From an uncultured virus (IMG/VR IMGVR_UViG_3300045993_000394) (taxonomy: Duplodnaviria; Heunggongvirae; Uroviricota; Caudoviricetes): a DNA stretch of 64,000 bases. The position numbers and the translations under genes were made by a program. Where the stretch lies: the IMG/VR virus record IMGVR_UViG_3300045993_000394; one strand, 5' to 3'. Under the pieces are notes generated by a model, which saw nothing but the letters and a program-made list of their open reading frames with translations, made no database searches and was not told where the DNA came from. This document shows positions 49,981 to 59,556 of this stretch, one piece after another (within the stretch, counting starts at the first letter, position 1; every line of letters begins with the position of its first letter).

Positions 49981-52900
49981 TTAGCAAAGAGCTAAGCCGC
50001 ACCCGTGGCATGTAAAACAACCCGAATCGTGACTAACGCTACTGCTCTTACATTCGGGGCACTCGGTAATCTTCTTCTTATTTACCTGCCACTTCTTTTT
50101 TGCTGCGGGTTCGGTGTTAGCAAGCTGCACGTCGTCATAACGAAGGTGCGTACCTTCTTTGATTTCAACTGGCGACTTATGCTCAACAATAGAAAGTACC
50201 TGTCCGGACCTACACTTATCGCGATATACCGTAACGCCTTTGCAGCCAGACTTCCAAGCTAGCATGTACGCATTGCTTACGTCTTCGAGCGTGGCATTTT
50301 CAGGTAGGTTGATGGTCTTAGAAATGGCTGCGTCAGTGTGCTTCTGAAGAGCCGCTTGCATTAGAATGTGACCGGTTGCAGATATCTCATTTGCTTGTGC
50401 GAACAGAGATTCTGTCTTCTTTGAAATGTGTGGCGCACCAACTATGGTGCCGTTCTTTGAGATGTACTCGATTACTTCATTGTAATTTGTATCGGTAATG
50501 TCGTGCGCGTGCAGATAGTGCTCAAGTGCGGTGTTTACTTCAAGCATCTGCATACCAGCTTGATTGCGATTCATTACAAGTCCAAAGACCGGTTCGCAAC
50601 CAGACGACGCTGGCCCCTGTGGGATGATGATAGACGTGGACCCGGTTGGTGCCCACGTACGACGGCACGCGTTGCGGATGCCACTCGGGAATTTGGCCTC
50701 AAGAGCAGAACCTTTGAAGTTATTAAATGAACCGCGATCTTGAGCAAGTTCTACAGACTCGTCATCTGTAACGCTAGCATGAAATTCTGTTAATTTCATC
50801 GCGAATTCACGTGCCTCTTGTGAATCATACGCAATACCTAACCGAATAAGTGTGTCGGCAAATCCCAAGAAGCCAGAACCGATCTTACGATTGCCGTGCT
50901 TGTGCATCTTTTCTATTTCTGGGATCGGATAACTATTTACGTCGATTACATCATCAAGGAAACGAACCGCCATACGCAGTGCGTCACCAAGCGCCCGCCA
51001 ATCAAGAACAGAATCACCGTTTGTGCCACGAACAAACTGTACTAGATTGATGTGACCAAGTGTGCATGCTTCATACGGCAAAAGCGGCTGCTCGGCGCAC
51101 TGTGAAGTAACTGTGCCATTAACAATAATTTCATTGTTAAGTGGTTCGGTTAAGCAATATGTTGCTTCTTCACCAACGTACTCGATGGACTCTACTTCAG
51201 TTTCAAACTTAACAGCGGAATTGTTAGATCCTGGATGCTCAGCCAGCCAAGCTTGAGCCTTGTTCACTTTTGATGGCTGAATAAATCCAACCTTCTCAAT
51301 AAACATTGTGCACGATCTAATGCCAGAAATAATGATTTCGTGGTTTGCAGCCCTATTGTATTCCTTCATTCCACCCTTGCCGTCGTTCATCATGTGCGTA
51401 CCGGCTGGACGCCTATTGTAGTGAACAGTATTTTTAATTCCAAGTTGCATTAACAGCATACCAACATCACGCAGCAGACTTTCTGCATTCTGAGATAACC
51501 TAACTCCAATGGTACCATTTGATGTAGTGTGCACTGTACCATCTGCGCTAAATAGACCGCGCAAAAATGCAGCAATCGTTTTATTTGTGCCATTCCAAAT
51601 AGAATACGGAACGTTGTGCTTATTGCCGTGGCTAGACACTCCGTCTTCAAGAAGCAATCTACCTAACACAGAAGAAGCAATATTTGCACGTTTATAGTCA
51701 AAACCTTTTTGTGCCTTACCGACCGGATCATTTTGATTCCGATTAAATGTATTTGCAGATGATGTTACAGATTTGCTAAACACGTAGTCCATTGCTTGCT
51801 TTAAAACTGGACCACAAACAGTAATGTCGTCATTCCACATTGTAATGTTTGCTTTATTATATCCGGTTCTGGTGTCTGTTGTGATTGATCCATCGCCAAT
51901 TACCCAACCGGCTAGTAACGCGTATTCTGGGTAATCAAATGTTCCACCGACAAACGTGTCTTGATTGTTTGTAAGTGGTAGCTTATCCCCAACTTCAAGC
52001 TCACTGAGCATCTTCTTACTGCCGTCAGTCAAGAAGAAGTTGTGATTTGCTGTTGCACGAATCTTCTGTCCACTATTTAATGTTACTTCATATACGGGTG
52101 CTTTTAGTGCAGTACGATATACATTAGTTGCGGTTGCTATGCCATGTGAATTCACAACTCCTAATACGCGATCTTTTGAATGTGAATCGTAGTCCTGATT
52201 GCCGCCCTGTTCCCATAGTTCTTCCATTGTACGATAGCCAAAAACAGTCAACAGGCGCATGTCTCCTGTTAGGCAAGGGTTTGTACTAGTATACTGTCCG
52301 ACGTGCGGCGTGGGATTATCACGGTTCATTGCATCAATGAACACGCACCCAGGCTCGCCATTAAACCAAGCTGCGTTGATTATTTTGTTATAAAGGTCAC
52401 GTGCTTTTATTGTTGTTATTGGGTCCTTGAATCTTGGATCTCGAAGACCCCACTGTGAATCAGTTACGACTGCATTCATGAAATCGTCCGTGATAGCAAC
52501 TGAAATGTTAAAGTTTGAAATCTCTCCATCTTTCTTCTTGATGTCAATGAATTCAAGTATGTCTAAATGCCACACCGGCAAGATCCACATGTTTGCTCCG
52601 CGACGTGCGGAACCCTGTGTAATAAAAATTTCAGCCGATGCGTTATATAGCTTTAGAACTGTGTTGCTTCCACCGGAAATCTTACCAGTTGTTGAAACAG
52701 ACGAACCGCGTGGACGTAGATTTGCACCCGAATATCCAACACCGCCGCCAGAAGTCTGAATCAACGCGGCATTCTTCATGGTTTGGTAAATTGCTTCGGT
52801 TGAGTCATCAACTGCAACAACAAAGCAAGCGGCTAGCTGACCTTTATCTTTGCCAGCATTTACTAAAGTCGGTGTATTGGGAATGAACTTGCCTGACGCC

Positions 52901-53133
52901 ATTGAGTCATAAAACTTGCGCGCTATGCTAGCTACTTCATCGTCTGACGCGCCAAACTCTTTCTCAGCAGATGCAACAAAAGTGGCTACACGCCAGAACA
53001 TTTCCTTCGGAGTCTCCTGCGTGTCGCCAGCCTTCGGCCACAGATACAACTGCTTTTTCAGCACCTTCATGCCATTGTCAGAGATTTCGGGCGTCATCAA
53101 GTCAGATGGCATTTCAGGGACGTGAAAATTCAC
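49981..53133 (-). CDS. nrdJ: Class II (adenosylcobalamin-dependent) ribonucleotide reductase with intein
   Basis: PNTPTL, RRGANM, GEPG, TNP/CAEQPL, PTGS, SKTIN, GCKGVTVYRD, C-terminal Zn ribbon; no beta subunit nearby. Confidence 0.92.
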   Translation of the reverse strand: MNFHVPEMPSDLMTPEISDNGMKVLKKQLYLWPKAGDTQETPKEMFWRVATFVASAEKEFGASDDEVASIARKFYDSMASGKFIPNTPTLVNAGKDKGQLAACFVVAVDDSTEAIYQTMKNAALIQTSGGGVGYSGANLRPRGSSVSTTGKISGGSNTVLKLYNASAEIFITQGSARRGANMWILPVWHLDILEFIDIKKKDGEISNFNISVAITDDFMNAVVTDSQWGLRDPRFKDPITTIKARDLYNKIINAAWFNGEPGCVFIDAMNRDNPTPHVGQYTSTNPCLTGDMRLLTVFGYRTMEELWEQGGNQDYDSHSKDRVLGVVNSHGIATATNVYRTALKAPVYEVTLNSGQKIRATANHNFFLTDGSKKMLSELEVGDKLPLTNNQDTFVGGTFDYPEYALLAGWVIGDGSITTDTRTGYNKANITMWNDDITVCGPVLKQAMDYVFSKSVTSSANTFNRNQNDPVGKAQKGFDYKRANIASSVLGRLLLEDGVSSHGNKHNVPYSIWNGTNKTIAAFLRGLFSADGTVHTTSNGTIGVRLSQNAESLLRDVGMLLMQLGIKNTVHYNRRPAGTHMMNDGKGGMKEYNRAANHEIIISGIRSCTMFIEKVGFIQPSKVNKAQAWLAEHPGSNNSAVKFETEVESIEYVGEEATYCLTEPLNNEIIVNGTVTSQCAEQPLLPYEACTLGHINLVQFVRGTNGDSVLDWRALGDALRMAVRFLDDVIDVNSYPIPEIEKMHKHGNRKIGSGFLGFADTLIRLGIAYDSQEAREFAMKLTEFHASVTDDESVELAQDRGSFNNFKGSALEAKFPSGIRNACRRTWAPTGSTSIIIPQGPASSGCEPVFGLVMNRNQAGMQMLEVNTALEHYLHAHDITDTNYNEVIEYISKNGTIVGAPHISKKTESLFAQANEISATGHILMQAALQKHTDAAISKTINLPENATLEDVSNAYMLAWKSGCKGVTVYRDKCRSGQVLSIVEHKSPVEIKEGTHLRYDDVQLANTEPAAKKKWQVNKKKITECPECKSSSVSHDSGCFTCHGCGLALC
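51100..52275 (-). mobile_element. LAGLIDADG intein at the RNR active-site cysteine (392 aa), ending in Ser-Gln
   Basis: NP|CLTGD...ATANH...GWVIGDG...RGLFSADG...TVTSQ|CAE. Confidence 0.92.
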
Positions 53134-53184
53134 AGTAGCCTCTAATGCTACGCTGGCACTCAGTGTCAGGTGTGGGGTGGATTA

Positions 53185-53200
53185 ACAGTATATCTAGTTG
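53185..53200. promoter_or_regulatory. NrdR-box-like operator upstream of the RNR
   Basis: ACAGTATATCTAGTTG versus consensus acaCwAtATaTwGtgt; about 50 bp upstream of the start and overlapping a minus-strand TATACT. Confidence 0.6.
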
Positions 53201-53284
53201 AATCGTCCGGCATCGCAAAAAATGATACAACATCAGCCATGCTGTAGTAACCACTCAGACTCTACGCCGACACACTTGTCTAAG

Positions 53285-53452
53285 TTACCATTCTCGTCTG
53301 CCGTTGATGAGGCAATTAGTATCTGAACACTTATGCAGTTGTTCTATATTACCAACGACATTTTTGAACCTAGCGACACACTTTAGACAGTACCGCTTCT
53401 TGGTCGGTGCAACGAATACGCGCTTGCACCCGTCGCACTTGCAATTCACCAT
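53285..53452 (-). CDS. Small Zn-finger protein (55 aa)
   Basis: Hand translation MVNCKCDGCKRVF....RYCLKC. Confidence 0.6.
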   Translation of the reverse strand: MVNCKCDGCKRVFVAPTKKRYCLKCVARFKNVVGNIEQLHKCSDTNCLINGRREW

Positions 53453-53453
53453 G

Positions 53454-54677
53454 TTATTCGTCATCGATCTGTCTCATGGCGAGTGCGATGTGCTTTGCTG
53501 TCTTATACTTGTGCTTATTCTTGTTCGCAAAGCTGATCACATGCAGCCTTACGCGCTTGACGCGACGATTCGCCAAACTGGCGGTAAAGCCCAAATACTG
53601 TCCAATCTTGGCTGAATAGTTAATACACTGGTCCAACGAGAACGAATTCGCACCACAGCACTGCTTCGGGTCCATCATCTTGGCGTGCGTGCACTGTTCG
53701 CTGCAGTTCTCTACGCAGACGGGGCGCGCATTCTCGTGGCACTTCTTGCAGATGTCGTTGCCTTCTTTTGGGTCTGCAATGATCTTCAAGATCTTTGCGC
53801 TGTTAGACTCGCAGTTGCCAGCTTGAGAGTCCACAGGCAGCGACTTGATGCAGTCTTGCAAGAAGGCAGCAGCATCGTCGTGTAGTTCGTTACAAATGTA
53901 GTTGAACTCTGGCGTGTCTTCGCTGAATTCGACTGACGAATCTGTAATGCTTATGGAATTGCTATCGTTGAGCGATTCTTCTGCACGCACCAACGAGATG
54001 TTAGTGCTGCCGCATCCGTCAGCGTATGTGGTGTCGTCACCATTGACAATAGGTCTACCGCACACGCGCTTCATGTCGCACAGACGGATAGCGCCACAAT
54101 CGTTGCACTTACGACGACGCCTACGCATGACGCCAGCCAGCATGGTGCTGGCGTAGCTGTCACACATGTTGCAGCCGGTGTCAAATTCAAACTTCTTAGC
54201 GAGGTGTGTCGTCTGACCGCAGTCGTTGCAGTGCTGCCGCAGGTGAATGCGATAACAGTCGTTGATGTACTTACGTGCTGCTGCAATACCCTGCATGCGC
54301 AGAAACTTCACTGCGCTCAGATTCGTTGGCTTCGCCGTGTACGTACGGCTGAACTTACCGTCTTCGGCTTTTACGCCAGTGACCTGCTGGTCGCGAACCG
54401 GGACCACGGCACCAGCAGGCGTGGCCTTAAACAGGTTCTCAAACACGCTGTCCCAAAAGCGCGAAATGAGGACGCTAATGTCAATAACGTCGTTTACGTT
54501 CGCTCGCTCAGAAAAGAATCTGCTAAGTACGTATCCCTGTGGACCATCGTGGAACTTATATCCGATAACACCAGACACTGCGTTCATCAACTCCTGTATT
54601 GGTGCCCCGTGCCGTCTGCCGTGTTCTTTGACATGTTGCTGTGCGTCAAGCACCGCTTTGTCTAGATTCGCGGACAT
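53454..54677 (-). CDS. Possible divergent sigma-like / HTH transcription factor with multiple Zn ribbons
   Basis: Several CxxC pairs; C-terminal YSAKIGQYLGFTASLANRRVKR HTH-like segment. Confidence 0.4.
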   Translation of the reverse strand: MSANLDKAVLDAQQHVKEHGRRHGAPIQELMNAVSGVIGYKFHDGPQGYVLSRFFSERANVNDVIDISVLISRFWDSVFENLFKATPAGAVVPVRDQQVTGVKAEDGKFSRTYTAKPTNLSAVKFLRMQGIAAARKYINDCYRIHLRQHCNDCGQTTHLAKKFEFDTGCNMCDSYASTMLAGVMRRRRRKCNDCGAIRLCDMKRVCGRPIVNGDDTTYADGCGSTNISLVRAEESLNDSNSISITDSSVEFSEDTPEFNYICNELHDDAAAFLQDCIKSLPVDSQAGNCESNSAKILKIIADPKEGNDICKKCHENARPVCVENCSEQCTHAKMMDPKQCCGANSFSLDQCINYSAKIGQYLGFTASLANRRVKRVRLHVISFANKNKHKYKTAKHIALAMRQIDDE

Positions 54678-54689
54678 GTATCCCCTTGT

Positions 54690-55013
54690 TTATGCTTGGC
54701 TGTGTTTTGACAACAGAATCGGCGTCCCGTATGCAATTAGTTCTAGCTTCTCGTTCGTGTTTACTACGTCGAACTCATTCAGTGATGCAAGTGCAGTCTC
54801 AATACGGTCTTCATACTGGAACATCGACTTCTTACGCTTGCCGCTCATAAGCCAATCCAAATGCACACAGGCCGCTGCAATGTCGTGGTTCGACGATTCC
54901 CTTGTAAGTTGCCTGCGTAACATAATGAACGTACTGTTGTCTATATCGCTATCGCAGCCGGTGCTAAATGCGATGGTACATTTGTCTAGTAGGTCATTGT
55001 CTTTACGTTCCAT
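54690..55013 (-). CDS. Hypothetical protein
   Basis: 107 aa ORF with purine-rich RBS. Confidence 0.55.
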   Translation of the reverse strand: MERKDNDLLDKCTIAFSTGCDSDIDNSTFIMLRRQLTRESSNHDIAAACVHLDWLMSGKRKKSMFQYEDRIETALASLNEFDVVNTNEKLELIAYGTPILLSKHSQA

Positions 55014-55040
55014 AGTTCCCTTGGTTTATTATATAAATAA

Positions 55041-56612
55041 TTACTTGTTCTTGGTTGATTGGTGCTTGATGCAGTATTTGGTGGTAAATGCCTGCGACGG
55101 CTTCACAAGTTTAACATTTTTGCAGTTATACGCAGTGCATTTTACTTGCACTAGCTTTCCGCCGGTTACGGCCTCAGTGCGTGCAATCGCCGCGCCGTCG
55201 TCACCCATGATGCACTCAAGCGTATCGCGCTCGTCCCACATGGTCTGCAGCAACATGCCAGCAGATTCAGCGATGGCCTCTGGCGTATCTGACAATGCAG
55301 CGATTGCTCTGGTCATGACAGCAATCATCTTTGGCGAGAACGGCTTTTCAGGTGAGATGTCTGACTCAACGTTGAAACCGATTCCGTCTGGTCCGGTCTG
55401 GACATACGTTGTGGTGTCTCCAGTGTGTGACTTTGGCAGCGACACAAACTCAACTTTGATTTCGCGCTGTAGCACAGACTTGAACAAGTGCTCGTACAAA
55501 ACAACCTGACGCACGTTTTCAAGATTCGCCTGCAAATTTACCACAGGGACACGTGCCTTTTCAATCTCTTCTGCCACAGCAGCAGCTGTCGGCAAGACGT
55601 CTTCAAGTGCCGAAGCGACCTGATACGGCATGTCTTCGGTGTTGACGACAGTCATACCGTTTGCTTTAGCTATACGATTGGACTCTGCAGACGGAGACTT
55701 CCTGCAGGCCATATCGCCAACGATCTTCTTTGCGTAAGCACGCTTGGTATTTGACGACACCGAACTCAAGCTGTCGATAACCCAAGCTGCTTGAAGGTCG
55801 CTCTTCTTCAAAAATTCGATCTTCTCATTCAATACCACCGCATACATCTTATTAAGCCAGTACGTAGAGCTTACCGCGTCCCGCATATCATTCAGCGGGA
55901 TGCGCTGCTGCACGTCTACGTGCCACGGGCACGTTATGGTGCAAACCGGAATTCCCATCTCGAACAGTGTACTCGTATTCTCACCAGAACGTCGCTTACG
56001 CAGTATAAGCTTTGTGTGCTCATAGTGCGACGTCTGCACGTCGTTCTTGAAGACAACCGTGTCGAGGCACACGCTCTCAATTACGAGATCTGTCTCACGG
56101 TGCTTGATTTCGCTACCGTTCACGAAATACTGGATCCCAGGCGGAGGCTCAAATCCAGACAGGTAGGCTTCAGCTTCGTCAAGCTTCTGTCCGTCCCATT
56201 CAGAATTGTGTACAGTGACTTCAGTACCCGAAGTTACTGTAGGCGGACCGTCATGACGGGTTCCGTCGTTATTGAACATGACGGTACCCGATGACGTAGA
56301 AATGGTGGCCGATTCTCCAGCTGAGATGAACTCCTTGATGCCGAGTCCCTTGCGACCACGCTTCAAGTGCGAATCCTGCTTACTGGTCATGAATACTGTA
56401 GTGAGTAGAGAAACATCGGACACGCCATCACCGTCGTCGCGTACGGATACGATGCCGGGGTCGAGTGTGACGCGAACAGTCTTTGCACCGGCAGAATCAA
56501 ATGCATTAGACACAGCCTCGCGTACGAGGTGTCCAAGTGGACGGTTTGCGTGACGAGCTTTGAAGCCACTGTTATCTATGGTGAACCAGCAACGATTCAT
56601 AGTATTTTCCAA
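55041..56612 (-). CDS. GHKL (HSP90/MORC-like) ATPase with C-terminal CCCH finger
   Basis: REAVSNAFD, VRDDGDG, RGRKGLG and GTEV Bergerat-fold motifs. Confidence 0.8.
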   Translation of the reverse strand: MENTMNRCWFTIDNSGFKARHANRPLGHLVREAVSNAFDSAGAKTVRVTLDPGIVSVRDDGDGVSDVSLLTTVFMTSKQDSHLKRGRKGLGIKEFISAGESATISTSSGTVMFNNDGTRHDGPPTVTSGTEVTVHNSEWDGQKLDEAEAYLSGFEPPPGIQYFVNGSEIKHRETDLVIESVCLDTVVFKNDVQTSHYEHTKLILRKRRSGENTSTLFEMGIPVCTITCPWHVDVQQRIPLNDMRDAVSSTYWLNKMYAVVLNEKIEFLKKSDLQAAWVIDSLSSVSSNTKRAYAKKIVGDMACRKSPSAESNRIAKANGMTVVNTEDMPYQVASALEDVLPTAAAVAEEIEKARVPVVNLQANLENVRQVVLYEHLFKSVLQREIKVEFVSLPKSHTGDTTTYVQTGPDGIGFNVESDISPEKPFSPKMIAVMTRAIAALSDTPEAIAESAGMLLQTMWDERDTLECIMGDDGAAIARTEAVTGGKLVQVKCTAYNCKNVKLVKPSQAFTTKYCIKHQSTKNK

Positions 56613-56627
56613 TTTTGCCTCGGTTTG

Positions 56628-57344
56628 TCATTCTTTGTGTGGACAAATTCCATTATTCTGCGCTCTACCAGAATTGCAATTCCAACACAAAATACGTATG
56701 GTACTTGGGAAATTGTTTTTTATTATCCATTTTAAAAAATCATTTCCCTTTAGTCTTTTACCATTTACTTTACTATCGTTATTAACGTGATCAAATGTTA
56801 GAAACTTAATGTGAAATATGCCACAACATTCACATTTATTGCCATATTTATCTAAACAAGTTTGCTTTAGCCGTTTTCTTGCTTCTTTCTGTAGATTTGA
56901 ATATTTATTCCTGCATTCGTCACACGCAAAAAACAATCTTGATTTAAGCTTGGACCCACATTGTCTACAGCATCCAGCCTTTTTTCTCTTATTAACTACT
57001 TTAATTGTTGCCTGCGTATAGAGTTTTGAACACCTTGTGCAGCATGTCTTTCCGTGTGCCGCTTTATTTGAACATCTAGCACACATTCCGTTTTCTTTCT
57101 TTTTGTTTATATAGTCTTTATGTGATTTTACTAATCTATCTGAGTTTGCTTTGTGATGAATTTTAGCTTGCGCATTGTGAAGCACTGCACACTGTTCACA
57201 GCGCGTTTTCCCATTTGCTGCTTTATTGTCACATTTTACACATATTCCATTCTTTATTTTTGATTTTCTTTTATTTTTATGCCATAAAGCCACTTTTTGT
57301 TTATTGGCTTCATACCAACGCTTATTATATTCTATAGTGGACAT
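56628..57344 (-). CDS. HNH homing endonuclease with three Cys-rich repeats
   Basis: G.CxxC......GKT.CxxC repeats; CECCG...LTFDHV...ILCWNCN; strongly AT-rich. Confidence 0.8.
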   Translation of the reverse strand: MSTIEYNKRWYEANKQKVALWHKNKRKSKIKNGICVKCDNKAANGKTRCEQCAVLHNAQAKIHHKANSDRLVKSHKDYINKKKENGMCARCSNKAAHGKTCCTRCSKLYTQATIKVVNKRKKAGCCRQCGSKLKSRLFFACDECRNKYSNLQKEARKRLKQTCLDKYGNKCECCGIFHIKFLTFDHVNNDSKVNGKRLKGNDFLKWIIKNNFPSTIRILCWNCNSGRAQNNGICPHKE

Positions 57345-57412
57345 ACTAAATATTATAAATGCTGGTATACACTGGTAATTATAATGCTGGGTTTAAGGCC
57401 ACGTCGGTTGAG

Positions 57413-57712
57413 TCATTTTGTCATCCTTTCAGCGATTGCAAGAATTGCCATGTACAGTCTATCAGTTACGATATTACGCTCACGCAATGCATCAAGCCCA
57501 TACTTGATGTCTCTTTTTGAAAACCCGAGTCTAGTGAGTTTGCCTCTCTCGTCTGTTGTCTCAATTCGTCTTGTTGGTTTATCTATTGCCTTTGGTTTAG
57601 GTGGGTCGTTATGATTCTCTCCATTGCCTGTTATGGCTTTTCCAATCCATGTAACTACGCGAGTTACTATTACTAACGTACACCCAAGGAGAAAACATTC
57701 TATTATGGGCAT
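57413..57712 (-). CDS. Hypothetical protein with N-terminal TM
   Basis: Hydrophobic N-terminus; GGAGG RBS. Confidence 0.6.
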   Translation of the reverse strand: MPIIECFLLGCTLVIVTRVVTWIGKAITGNGENHNDPPKPKAIDKPTRRIETTDERGKLTRLGFSKRDIKYGLDALRERNIVTDRLYMAILAIAERMTK

Positions 57713-57773
57713 TTGTGTTGCGTCCTCCGTATAATAAATCGATCAAGCCAGCCAACGTAGTTGTACCTTTGCT

Positions 57774-59324
57774 ATGATATTAGAACCGTCTGAAATAAAA
57801 CAATTGATTAGCCGCAGACGGCAACTAGACCCATATACGGAACTTGAGTATAAAGTAAATCCGCAGCTGGTTGGCCATTGTCTAAAATACCGCTGCATGG
57901 ATGCGTTTTATCTTTGGATGTTTGCGCGGGCATACTGCCAAGAGCAATACGGCGAGCAAGTTGCTACGATTAACGATTCTGTTCGCTTCGTGAAAGACAT
58001 CGCCGTTCGCATGCACCGGTCGGAGCGCCACATACGGCGCATCTTGGCAAAGAACACGTGTATAGGCGATACACGCTTGTTCAGTAAAGATGTTAACATA
58101 AACGGCAAGCATCTCATCAAAATAGCCTCTCGTGAGCGTCTAGTTGACGCCATCTGTAGGTTTGAGTCAAACAAAGCGCAACTGAACTATCGCAAAATAA
58201 AGACGCACAGGGACCCGAAAGATCCGGACCTGCGTACGGTTGAAATAGTCCAAGCTGACGTAACTATTATAAATAGCTACGTAAGCAACGAGTTGGTGTC
58301 GTCAATTATAGATGTGGCCCCAGAAGGCAAGTCCAACATTCGCGGGTTCTTCAATAAAGATAATCTGCTTGTTGCTTCGGTTACTATACCGGACATTTGG
58401 GACCCAGACGGTCGCCAGCATAGCCACTCTAAGGCTATGGACCTTGTGCGCGAAGAAAACACGCTGCACGGGTACTCACGCACTGCGTTAGCCGCTCGCG
58501 TTGGAATGCTGCGCAACTCCACTATACGCATAGATCGCGAGCAGAACGTAGACCACGGTCAGGCGTGGCATGCCATACCGTGTACTAGTATATTTACCAA
58601 GTATGACGAACTGCGTAATGACCTTCAGAACGCCAGAACGCTAAAGAAGCCGGTCCTAGTTAGGCATCTTAGCGACAGCATCAAAGTTCTTGAGTCTAGA
58701 TTCGCGGAAATGACGCAAACCCTTGTACACTACTTAGTTAGCTCAACTGTACATGCGTCTTGCGAAATACCACTATATAAGTATGGGTACATACAGCAAG
58801 AAGACGGCTCTATGTTACCTGCTGTATTGGTTGCAGGCACAGTACGTCACTCCACCCCTTTAGCAATGAAAGTAGTAGAAGACAAGTATCTGAAGCATTC
58901 GTTCCCAGACGGCCCGGTAAAGGTTGATAAGCGAAAGTCCAGTGGGCAATTTGACTTCAACCTGTTGAAAGCAATGCCGGTATCGCCTGGAGACGAAGAT
59001 ACGACGAGCAAGGAAGCAAAATCAAACGTCGTGTCGAAGATGGTGCAGTGGGAATTTGCACGTATGCTAACAGCATACAATAAGCCGTTGGTAAGACTGC
59101 TGCAAACGTCAGTGTTTAAGCTACCTAAGAAGTGGCTAAAACGTCTGACGTCAGTTGAAGAAATGCATGAACGAACTCTCTTTATGCACAATCTATGGAA
59201 GAGATCCGTATCGTTCGTTGATGCATGGACATCCGAGATACATAAAAAGCCGGTATCTAAAGAAAGAAAAACAAGAGCTTTTGTTTCTTCTTTCTTTTCA
59301 GAAAACTCTTTTTCTGCATCTTAG
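57774..59324 (+). CDS. Lone plus-strand DNA-binding protein with two HTH-like motifs; candidate replication initiator
   Basis: DIAVRMHRSERHIRRIL and YSRTALAARVGMLRNSTIR; 516 aa; opposite to all neighbours. Confidence 0.45.
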   Translation: MILEPSEIKQLISRRRQLDPYTELEYKVNPQLVGHCLKYRCMDAFYLWMFARAYCQEQYGEQVATINDSVRFVKDIAVRMHRSERHIRRILAKNTCIGDTRLFSKDVNINGKHLIKIASRERLVDAICRFESNKAQLNYRKIKTHRDPKDPDLRTVEIVQADVTIINSYVSNELVSSIIDVAPEGKSNIRGFFNKDNLLVASVTIPDIWDPDGRQHSHSKAMDLVREENTLHGYSRTALAARVGMLRNSTIRIDREQNVDHGQAWHAIPCTSIFTKYDELRNDLQNARTLKKPVLVRHLSDSIKVLESRFAEMTQTLVHYLVSSTVHASCEIPLYKYGYIQQEDGSMLPAVLVAGTVRHSTPLAMKVVEDKYLKHSFPDGPVKVDKRKSSGQFDFNLLKAMPVSPGDEDTTSKEAKSNVVSKMVQWEFARMLTAYNKPLVRLLQTSVFKLPKKWLKRLTSVEEMHERTLFMHNLWKRSVSFVDAWTSEIHKKPVSKERKTRAFVSSFFSENSFSAS

Positions 59325-59516
59325 AAGTCCGTAGCTCTTTAACATCTTGAGATCTAGTATTTGAAAGACCAAGGACAGGTTTGTATCAAAAGCTGGTGCT
59401 TTTGCTGTTGCTTTGGTTCACGGCAAACTCTTTAAAAACTTTTTACGCGTAACCTACTCGGATAGGTGCAGTGGCTTTTACTCTTACAAAAGCTTTAGAA
59501 TGGGAATCACCCCGCG

Positions 59517-59550
59517 CAACCTGAGCAGGTTATTACGCCTGCTCAGGTTG
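59517..59550. terminator. Perfect 13-bp hairpin between convergent genes
   Basis: CAACCTGAGCAGG-ttattacg-CCTGCTCAGGTTG. Confidence 0.6.
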
Positions 59551-59556
59551 GTCAGG

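Noticed and set aside
54262..55509. 415-aa plus-strand ORF
   Set aside because: It is the antisense shadow of three minus-strand genes and has no recognisable motifs
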